Positions 53,001-64,000 of a stretch of 64,000 nucleotides of DNA are shown piece after piece. Every line of letters begins with the position of its first letter. Position 1 is the stretch's first letter. The position numbers were made by a program, and so were the translations under genes. The notes beneath the pieces were generated by a model. It searched no databases. It saw only the letters and a list, made by a program, of their open reading frames with translations, and was not told where the DNA came from. The stretch is from the NCBI RefSeq assembly GCF_026210795.1, contig NC_089433.1:1178001-1242000 (forward strand). Reading direction: 5' to 3'. This DNA comes from Rhizophagus irregularis. Taxonomy: Eukaryota.

Positions 53001-56000
53001 TCAATGTTTTAATATATATTTATCCATTTGCACTTATTAATAAAAAATATTATTATATGAAAAAAACTATCCGTAATACTTTCCAAATGTTTACTTCTCA
53101 CAGCCCACAAAAAGCCTACCCAAGCCTCTTGTTATATTATATTATATAAAGAGGGCCTCATCTTATATTTTGGTATTAAAGTCTATTAATTATTGTTAAC
53201 ATTAAAGAGTATGCTTCTAATAAAATAAAAGTCGGTTCACAAATCAAACAATGACCATCAAACGAAATTCTTCAATATTTTTTTCTGGGACATTGTCTTT
53301 GATAGAGGACAAACTTTATTTAAAATTACAAAATTTTAGTTTTATACATAATAATACATCTTCTGAAAAACAAACGGAACAAAATTTGAAACTTTTTTAT
53401 TGCTTAAAAGTGACTATAATTCTAATTATTATAGGATTGATCGTGAATGATTTTTTTGGATATATTTACAGAGGAGAATTATCTTTAGAAGATTATGATA
53501 ATTTGATAGTATCTTGACTACCATAAATATATTAAATGTCTAAGAAATGGCTATAAAATATGTGTTCTTATAATCATTTATCACTACCATTTTTTGAACA
53601 AAACATAAATTTTGTTACAATTTAGATGAAAGGCTGCACGAATAATTTATCTAGAATGAAGATCTATTTGACATTAACAAATAAAATTAGATAGTTTATA
53701 TGATCGAAAAGAAGATACAGTTCTTTAAAGTGAAATTTAAATAATTAAAATAATTAAGAAAAAATCATTATTGTCTACTATTTTTATGTTAGCCTTTTTT
53801 GCAGATTATTTCTGGTAGAAATATCTGGATATAAAATTTAACTTATCTTTTTCTGTTTTATTGTTGAGCATACTAATATATACTAATAGAATTCCATATA
53901 ATAGAATTAGAGTATTGTTGGCACAATATATAATAGAATTCCATTTAGAGTCATTAATGAAAAAATATAATAAAGGTTAAACAAAATCTTCAAGAGGAAC
54001 TCCTTCAAAAGAATTTGCAGTATCTATCGTAATGGTGTCAAATGCAAAAGAAAGCATGAAACGCACAGGCCAAAGCTTTCCATCAACGTGACAAGATCGA
54101 AAAGTTGAAAGAGAATGTGGGGCAGGAAAGATAATATACAACGAGAAAGATACAAGTGGTATGCTGAAGAACTTTATTCCCAGGCCAAAATTTCGCTTAC
54201 TCTTAAATAATTCTTAATAGAATTATTACTTAAAAAAATTTAATAACGCCCTTAGAATTATTACCTATTACAACCAAAATATTTAAAAATATATTAATAC
54301 ACTAAAAAATAATACATATTTTTTATATTGGGATTATTATTTATTATCTTTTTACCTATAAATTTTTGTTAAAAAAAACCCAAAAATGGAATTATCTGAT
54401 AATACCAATTATATGTCAGAGATAGTAGGTAAAGCAGTTGCAAAATTTAACCACTGGAGAAACCACTTTTTGAATTCCTTGTACTTTACATGTAATGAAC
54501 TAATTTTGAAGAAATTGCCTTTGAAAAAACCTCTACAACTATTGGATTTTCTAAAGAAAAACATCCATTTAATCTTTCAGTGAATTAAGCAAGATTAAAA
54601 TGTCTAGAAATAGGTGACTGTAAATGTGTAGGTTTAAGTTGATAAAGTTATAATATAAGAATATGGCTGAGTTTGTTTAGAGAATAATAATAAGATAAAC
54701 CTCTTAAAGCTCGATGATGATTTTGATATTATAAAAGAAAATACTAAAAAATGTTTAGTTACCCATTTAGTGAAAGTTTATGACAAGATTCTTAAAGAAC
54801 ACATCAAGATGGAAATAAGAAGAGGAAGAAAGTTTAGAGGAAATACAATATATAACTGAAATTAAAGATCAGGTAATTCCTTCCCAATAGCAATATATGT
54901 GGAAACTAATGTTAATACCTCCTTATCAACACATGTAAAATAATCATACTCAGCTATGACTTTTCTGATGAAGTTTATAATGAAGATTTTTCATTTTACA
55001 TATAATTTATAATTTTAACATGTCTAATACTACTACCTTATATAATTGAAATCCTTGTGAAAAATATCCTATATGTCAAGTATTTCAAGTTCTTTCTCTA
55101 TAATATTTTCTATGGGGAAAAACAAAAGTCAAAATGAAATGAATTTCAAAGAATACATTAACTATATTAATAGAAAAAAAAATTGATAATACTCTTTATT
55201 ATTTTTATATTTACAATGCAATGAAAGGTTATATAAATTTTAATATCAATATAGTGAAACTAGAGAGAGAGACAAATTGAGAATGGTTGCAAAAATCTGA
55301 TAGAATAATAATAAATGGTTTCCTCACAACTACTGTTGACTAAGGTAATAAAAAAAATTAAAACTAAGCAAAAATGGAAAAGTTTTTGTGTGGACTTGGC
55401 ATAAGACTGTCATATACTTCTGAAACCCAAATTTTGAAATGACTTTATAGATCATTTAGGCGAAAATAGTATAGTTTTAGCTTATATTGAGCAAAATTTG
55501 AGTATCAGAGAGAATTATTTACAAGAGAACACAATATAAATGAAAAAGTGCAAGCATGGCAGAGAGATCTTCTTAAAAGAGAACATGAATAAGTGAGAGA
55601 GAATTGGAGTTGAAGAAGTGTGAACAAGACTTTGATGAAATCATGAAAAATGAAAGCAAAAAGTAATGTTTCAGATTTTGAAAAATAGGTTCGCCTAAAA
55701 TTTATAGAAGGTTCTTTAATATACGCACATCATAGATATGATGCATAGTTGTCATTCACGTTATAAGAGGATTTCCCATGATTAAATTTCTAGTTTTTTT
55801 CCAGATTTCCGGTTCTTTTAAGTTCTTTAAAGAAAATTCTTTAAATATTTAAGGATGTAAAAGTTTGGACTTTAGAATTTAAACTAAAGAATTTAATTTT
55901 AATCCTTGTTCTTATATGTCTTAATTTATTAAGATAATTAGGCATATGCATCATAACTGAAACTTTATTATCTGATCTGTCTCCCATTTTCAAACTATAA

Positions 56001-58712
56001 TCATAATTCTAAATAGAACTACTTTAAGAGTATGAATATATTTGCAAAATGTTTAGAGCTTATTATTGTAATAAGAAATTGCACAAAAGTAATCTTTAGA
56101 TATACAAAATATTATAAAAGAAAAACCAAAGACCAAAATCCACAGAAAAAATGAAGAAAACAAATAAAATTAATCACTAATGATGCAGATACAGACTTTT
56201 GAAGAAATTATTAGCACCCCTAAAAAAAATTAATCATGATCATTTGGTAAAACACGTCAAAACTTTTCTTGAATCAAATGATAGCAGTAATATAGATTAT
56301 AGAGCTCAAAAAGTTGTTGACATTATACCACATGATGAGCCAACAGAAATCAATTTTAAAGGAGGGAACATCAACAAAAATTAAGGCCAAACTGAATAAT
56401 ATTAATAAAGTCACCCGCAATAGATTTCAAAGAAAAAACTATTGCAACTCACTCTGGAGTTAATTTTAAGCTCTATTATTGTCCAATTTTCTGTGCAATT
56501 CAAGCCCTTGTACAGAGACCAGAAGTGGCTAATAATTTCATTCTTAAGGAGAGCCAAACTTTTTTCATGGCAATAGAAGTGAAAGAAACATTACGAGCAC
56601 ATGAAAAAGAGAGCTTACGTGTGGACATGACAATTGATGAAAATTTTATAACAAGCAGATGTGTAATATTTTTTTTGTTTCCTTTATTAAACACCTTGTA
56701 ATACATGATTAGTTCTATACTAATAAACACAAAATTTAGTAATCATAATATTAAAATTTTATCTATCTACAGTATACAACATCTATGCTACTATACACTA
56801 TTTTTATTATGATATCTTTGCTCTATATTTTATTGTTATACTAATTGTCAGCGTTATACATGGACATAGTTGTTATAGCAGACATGGCATGTTCATAAAA
56901 TTGCCCTATAAAAAAAAAATTATGGGAAAAACATCAATAAATGAGAAAGAAACTCGGTCACGTGATCATTTTTCTGAAAAATTTTTTATAGGGTTGAATA
57001 TAAAGTTTTGAATTATCTTAAGTTTTTCAATATAAAGTCTTTATTATGATGATTAGAAATATTTTATTTATCAAAAAATAAATAAATAAATAAATACTTT
57101 CTGCAGTATTAGATAATTACGTAAAAAGAATTTTAGGAATAGGATCTCTAGTTAATATACAAAATACGGGAATTAAAAGCCCCATCTCATGGAAGGTTCA
57201 TACACATTTACTCATGATTTTAAGTGTAGACATAATTAAATAAAATATTGATTTTATTATGCCATTAATTTTAGAGGAAACTTCATTACGGTCAGGTGCA
57301 TCCTATCACGTGATTATTAAGATCAGTTGATTGGTTCTTTTTACTTATCATCATGTACATAGTCAATGATAACATGACGCGAAACAAAATTTTATTGGAA
57401 GTAATCAATGCTGAACTACTGATCATTTCGTAATGTTTATATATTTTTTTATCTTATTTTTTTTCTTACCTTTCGGACTATGACCTGCTTTTTAAAATTG
57501 CGAGGTATAAAGCGTTAACTATGAATGTAGTATGATTTTCATAAATTAAGTAAAAATGGATAAAATTGTCCAAAAAAATAAAATAAATAAATAAATTTTT
57601 CAAAAATAAAAGAAAAATGGACAGATAAACTTAGCACAATTTTATTTATTTATTTATTTATTGACGAGGATTATAGAAAATCAAAGATATAAATAGACGA
57701 GTACTGAGGAGATACAAAACAAGTAGACGCAATATAAAAGTACAATTGAATTGAAAAGTAAAAATGCGTAAAATAGTATGATCACGTGATAGGTTCAGAA
57801 TAACGATCCTGAACCCCGGGTCTGGGTTAAATCATTTTTATCACAAAAATCAATTATCACGTATATCACGTAGATCATTTTATCTATCCTGAACCCGGGT
57901 AAGCGATCCCAAACCCCGGGTCTGGTTAAATCATTTCATCACGCAAATCATTTATCACAAAAATATTTTATCACGTTATCACGTATCACGTAAATCGTAA
58001 ATCATTTTATCACGTAAATCACCTTTTGACGTTCTTACACGTAGCATTTACAGTATATTTACAATGTATTAATATGAAAGGTTATTGGTCATAACTTAAG
58101 GTTTTAAAATCAAAAATTAAATAATTTAGTTAAAAGAAACTTTTTATTGTATTAATATAAGGTTTACTATAAAGAAGTCTTTTGTTTTTGTGAATATTCG
58201 TTATAGTGAACGAAAATGGTTAGAACCGACCAATGAATTATTTATAATTTCTTTATCTGATAATAGTTCTATTGACATTTCATAGTATGATCTTGTAAAT
58301 TTAATTCCTTATACAAATAATATCAATAATAGAGTGAAATACCAAGCCTAATTTTATGATAAATCTATAATAATATACGTTCTATATAAAGTTCACTATA
58401 AGCCAAATTTACTATAACGAGCTTCACTATAACAAGCATTGACTGTATTAACTTTGAGCAATGTTTAGATATTGTTTTTGATACTATTTAAAATTATATA
58501 TTTAGTGATCTAATTTTGTCTAATTATTCTTCAAACTTATTGTGGAAAATCTAAAGCCATTAAATTTGGGCAGTTTTTCGATATCGTTATAATCAATTAT
58601 CTTAAAAAGTCCATTAAATTTGGACAATTTTTTGATATAATAATAATTAAGTTAATGTGCGAAGAATCGCCCATTAACTTAATTGACCATTAGGTATGGA
58701 CATTTATTCGTG

Positions 58713-58870
58713 CCCAAATCTGTTCCCACCAGATTTTTCGATTATTAATGTCCAAATCTGTTCTTACCAGATTTTTCAATTATTAATGTCAAAATCTGGT
58801 TTTACCGGATTTTTCAATTATTAATGGCCAAATATGTCTTTACCAGACTTTTCTATTATTAAGTTGGCCA
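58713..58870 (+). repeat. 38-bp tandem repeat, ~4 copies
   Basis: CCAAATCTGTTCTTACCAGATTTTTCAATTATTAATGT-like units. Confidence 0.8.
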
Positions 58871-61800
58871 GAATTGGAACATTATTTATGGCTTCTTTTC
58901 TAATATGTGTTTTTATAATTTTAAAAGTGTTTTTTGTTAAAATACCAGAAGGGCAATTTGGTAGAAAATGAAAAATTATATTATATAGTTTTTTACGTGA
59001 CATTATTATTGAATAAAAACAATAAAATGACGACGATAAAATATATTATAAAATTTTAGTAAAACGTACAGATAACAAAACCGATAGAAAAAAACGATCC
59101 ATATTTATATAAAAATCTGCGATATTTATAGGTACGGAACTCGGAAGCCTTTTGTTAAATATAATTACCATATATGTTTTTATTAGAATAATTGGTTTAT
59201 ACAATATGAAGTTCTATAATAGAAAGTTTTTATTTAAACAATCGTATAATCATATTTTGAAATGATCTACAAACCTTATGATCTTAATAATATATTTTAA
59301 TTAATGAAAAAATGATATTTTTTGATTATACAATAAGCTTGATTTGGGAATTCAATTAAAAAAAAATAAAGGTTGTATCCAAATCATTAATATTATCGAT
59401 TGTTTCATTATTTTCAAATTAGGAATTTTAATGTTTCCATTTAAGATTTCATTGAAAATTATGAAACAGGAGAAATTAAGATTACCATATATAGTTTAAA
59501 TTTGTGATTTATTAGGATAAGTGTTTACATGTATATTTTTGTTTCACAATAAAGATATTCACACATTTTTATTTAATAAAATAATTTTCCTTCAATCCTT
59601 TTAAAGAAATGACCTTCATATACGGATTATTAAAGAGTTTTAAGTCAACAAAATAAGCAATTTCGTAGATTTCATTGTTTCCAATTTTAGGCATAAAAAA
59701 AAACAAAGGAGAAATTGATAAAAAACAATATGACTAAAAATGGTATACAATTAGTAAAAAGTAAATTTATGACAAAGTATAATCCAAATTATGAAACATA
59801 ATCATAATTTTCGATAGAAATTAGATAGTTATTATTGTCCCTAAAACAATTTAGGCTTTAGTATTATTTATTAAATCGATTGTACATTAATTAATACGAC
59901 TTGGTGCAACCGCATGAGATGTGCAATAATATTCTCACACTATTCAATGCTATTAGAAACAATATATTTCGATGTTTTTTTTTCAGATATCGAATGTTGC
60001 AGTTTTTATCTGGATAAAATATCCGGATATCCGAACTGACCTAGATACCAGATAATAAATATAAATTTATCATAAAATTTTGTGGCGCAGCAATTTGAAT
60101 GACCACGGCAATAAAACCAATCTACAAGAAAGAATTAGTATATATCCAGATTTTGGTTTCCATCTAGATGGAGACTAGAAAATATAAATTTAATAGTACG
60201 GATTCGATATGAATAAATTCAAAGAAAGAAATAAACATCATTTTTAAACAAATTTACAAATACAATGTTGCATTATAAATACTATATAATATAATTCGAA
60301 AGAAAATATACATTTAGTCTATAAAATTAATGCCACCACAAAATTTTTTGTCAACTAATTATACTGCGGTGCTGCGCCATAAAGGAGTACGCAATATGTA
60401 ACCAAATGTAACCATCCAGAGTTGGTCAACCATAAGAAAAAAGATTAATTTTCAAGAAGTGAAAACCACAAAAATTTAAAATATAATTTAAACCCACCAC
60501 CTACAATATTTTTTTAAAGTTAAATTTAAATGTACACTTAGCCAAAACGTTGTCACCTGATCACCCACGTGAATTCCGTCGCACTATAGTAGCCGATTTG
60601 ACGCACCTCATTTGACTATATGAAAATACTTACAAAATTGACGCACTTATACCTGGGAAGTTGGGTTAGACTTTCCAAAAATCCGCGCATATGCAATGGA
60701 ATTTTACTTTATCAATGGTACATTTTAACCAACTAGAATATGATAGATTTCAAAAAATTTTGCTTCAGTAATCATGTATTCGTTTCATAATTGACCTATA
60801 AAACTGGAAAAGAACTTATAGTCACTCATTATTATATAAACGACCAGAAGGTCAACAATTATTAGGGTTAATGCACGTAAGTGATAGAATATCCTCAGCA
60901 TAGAGGTGTTTGGCGAAATTAATGGTAAAAGGCGTTCGAAAATAATGGTAATCCCTATTTCTCCTCACTAAACACATTATCATGTTTGTGTATTGACCTC
61001 AAGGTGCTACAGGTGCTACACTGCTACCCGTATATCCAATAATAATTGAAGACAATGAAGTGTAAATAATTTTCTATATTTAGTTAAAATTCAAAGGATT
61101 TTTTATATAATAAAATGCTGATCATTTTATCACGTGATACCGGCGAATTTCCGATTTTTTTTTGAATAAACGCAGTTTATACCTAGGTTTCAAGGTTTAT
61201 TTATATGTGTATTTTTGCCTCCTCTACAATTGGTAAAAAGGGTTTAAAACTTCATTTTTGACTTATACCATGGGGTGCGTTCAAACGCAGTGCGTTTAAA
61301 TTTTTTAAACCCAAATTCAAATGATGTAAATTTAAGTAATTCTATAAAGAAATTCTCTTTTGGAAGTCATGTGTAATTCACCAGCCATGAACAGATAAAA
61401 ATACTCACACTTATGAATTTAAGAGAAGACCGAAAAATAATATTCTTGCGGAAAATCAAAATGTTGAAATCCAAACTTTTAACATTAACCAGGACCTTGA
61501 AAAAAAGGAAGGGGAAAGGATGAGAAGGGGAAGGGGAAGGGGAAGGGGTAATAAGCGAGGGAAAGGCAGAGAAGGGGGAAAAGAGCGAAACATACACCAC
61601 ACATCCAGTCACCCACATACTCACACCATACACACTAAGAACGAAGGGATAGGTAAATATACTGTATATTGAGATGTACGTGAATGAAATTGTTCATAAG
61701 TTATAGTCTTATTTGTGGGAAAGTCTATCTTTATTAATTATAAGTCATGAATAATCTAAATAGTATAAAAATTGCTTGATAATTGATTGATTTTAAAAAA

Positions 61801-62339
61801 ATATATTTATGATATTACGATATACCGCGTATCAATAAAATAATCTCTTGATCAGTAGCTTGTGTTATTCTGTGACATACAATAAATTTTTTACTAATAT
61901 TATTATTATTTCATTGGTTGAAATGAAAACCTATTAACTAGTAAATCGGTAATTTTGATTTGAAAATAACAAACTATTTTGCTATGACAATCTTATTACC
62001 AGATGAAAGGATTGTTTATATGAGAAGAAATAATATTCTCGGTTTGTATAATTACTTGGGATTGATTATTATCATTATTAGATACTGCATGTTTATTATA
62101 AACATAATTTATAATTTACAGAGAATCCATTTATATGATACCAATTATGAGGGATGGAATGCCACTAACGTGGCTTATTTACCTCTATCACGCCTATTAA
62201 TCATATATACTTCCCAGCGTAACAACTTGTATATAGGATACGGATAACACGTTCATAATTGGAAAATAATTCCGCTTGTTAATTTATGAAGTCCAAGCAA
62301 CTTATTAACACAATGAATAAATTTGTAAAGTACATTAAT

Positions 62340-62480
62340 TATAATAATAAAAATAATTTGATATAGGAAGATTTGCTATTCTAACGAGTTTCTTAATACA
62401 ATTCTCATTAGCTGAAAATAATCTCCATCATATAATTTTCTGTTTCTGGGTCTTTAGTGATGCCAAAAAAAAATAATCTT
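62340..62480 (-). pseudogene. Short kinase fragment (subdomain IV-V)
   Basis: FFGITKDPETENYMM, matching the YGITKDPET.NYMMV motif of this kinase family. Confidence 0.55.
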
Positions 62481-62499
62481 TTACCAAGTAATAATACAA

Positions 62500-63320
62500 A
62501 CAAACGCAAATAATTATAGTTACTTCTTCCTTCCTTCCTTTCCTTTTCAAACCTCCTGACTTCAGTGGTGGAGTATTTGCTACAGTTTTTAATTTTCTGA
62601 CAAAATTTTTCTTGTTTTTCTGTCTTACATCCCGTCTTTTCTGTTTCGATAATGATGAATTTGTGTCAGCTCGTGTATTTTTGAGAGGATAAAGATGTTT
62701 AAGTGCATATATGTCATCTTCACTTAACCTTTCACGTTGGCCTGAATTGTAGAAAGATATTTATCAATAGATGATGTTGATTGTATAAACAAATTGAAAG
62801 GAGCCTTATACAAGACCAACTATGTAAGGATCTATTTCTACTCCCGGCTTTCATATTTATCCGTCTACGTGAAGAATAGTGCATTATAGAATTGCGATCG
62901 TACGGCTATAACACCGCACATTCGATGTTGAAAGCTTCTTATAATTTTCATCATATTTCTCAACGTTCAAATAATCGTCACAGTCAGTCAATGCACTCAA
63001 GTGTATGCATCAGTTCGTGTATAGCACTGCCTATGGGCTTGGCCAACCCGTGGTAACAGATAACTTCTTTATGATCGCGAAATGAATAAGAGCCACTGGC
63101 ATTATAGTATTATAGACAGATTACTACCTAGGATCAGTATCCGCTCGCGTCAATAGTCTTAATGCAGTCATTTTGGTTAATTCTCACCACAATCTAAACG
63201 AACTATCGCTTAAATACTCTATTATTAACGCAATGAGAGAGATTTTAAGTTCAGGAAATATATCTCCGAATTCATATGGGACGATCCATGGCACAGGAAT
63301 CAGAGTCACTCATATAACTC
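62500..63320 (-). pseudogene. Astacin-family (M12A) zinc metalloprotease pseudogene
   Basis: Collinear motifs PWIVPYEF (~63270-63292), IGSAIHELMHTL (HExxH 63005-63019), DCDDYL, PYDRNSIMHYS (Met-turn 62876-62890), GQRERLSEDDIYALKHLYP (62686-62742); several stops and frameshifts. Confidence 0.85.
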
Positions 63321-64000
63321 AGTACAATGATCTATTTTCTTGTTTATAACTTAGTTGCAAAAAAATAAGAGGATTCCTGGTCTATTTATTTAAAATAGTA
63401 AGAAACATGGTAATAATAATTTTTCACGATTATGAAGAAAGTTTTTTAAAAAAAGTTTCACAAAAATGTCAACAACTGTATAACACAAACGGTAAATAAT
63501 AACAGATCAATAAAATAATAAAATGGAAAATATAAATATAAAAAATTCTACTATTTTGTTTAATCAACTTAAAACCTGATCACGCTACTCGGAATCTAAG
63601 AATGCCGAACGCATTTTTTCTAATCTACATATCATCATCTTTCAATAATGGTGCGAACACTTAGAAAATTAATTCATAGATTATATATATGTACTTCGCT
63701 AATGAACATAATGTCTGTCCGATTTCTTTTTCCCACTCTTCTGTCTTTGCCAATCACACTTTGATATGAATTTACTCACGTGTTAATATATACAGATTCT
63801 TTGATTGGCTGATCTCAATATATTATGATAACAAAATTATTGGTTTTTAATATACTGTAAAATTTAAAAAAATGAAGTACAAATTTCATAAATTAAAACT
63901 AATCAAATAATCTAACATATATTTATCAATTCTATCAACCATTTCATTTTTCATATTTTAAAAAAAGTTTCGCAATCATAAAGCATCACATGATCATCAA

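Noticed and set aside
53430..53517. YIYRGELSLEDYD resembling a BTB-domain fragment
   Set aside because: Under 30 aa, isolated, no supportable gene model

Overview
AT-rich eukaryotic DNA. Gene families (TKL-type kinases with HCDFHxGN loop and HPQAYYxSR tail, intronless F-box/LRR gene, Crypton, pogo, Tc1 and LINE remnants) and short GT-AG introns point to an arbuscular mycorrhizal fungus (Rhizophagus-like, Glomeromycotina); this assignment is inference. The window is mostly a transposon graveyard with one clearly intact gene (F-box/LRR, 46653-48101). Main discovery: the apparently non-coding AT-rich repeat tract at 18.75-21.1 kb is, on the minus strand, a tandem array of 19 spliceosomal introns separating a 22-nt ATG exon, a 27-nt exon and 17 micro-exons (fifteen 3-nt, one 6-nt, one 1-nt). 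Spliced together they give a stop-free N-terminus (MTHNNDRVSSGTKESEALNDWFDSGSEHRQQPFE) exactly in frame with the downstream kinase exon. Also notable: a nest of LINE < 3-bp-TSD element < 4.3-kb foldback element with ~1.6-kb TIRs and IS3EU-like ends, a near-intact DD34E Tc1 element, two 5'-truncated LINE insertions with TSDs, several MITEs, and an astacin (M12A) metalloprotease pseudogene missed by the ORF track. All coordinates were read by eye; boundaries of degenerate remnants are approximate.
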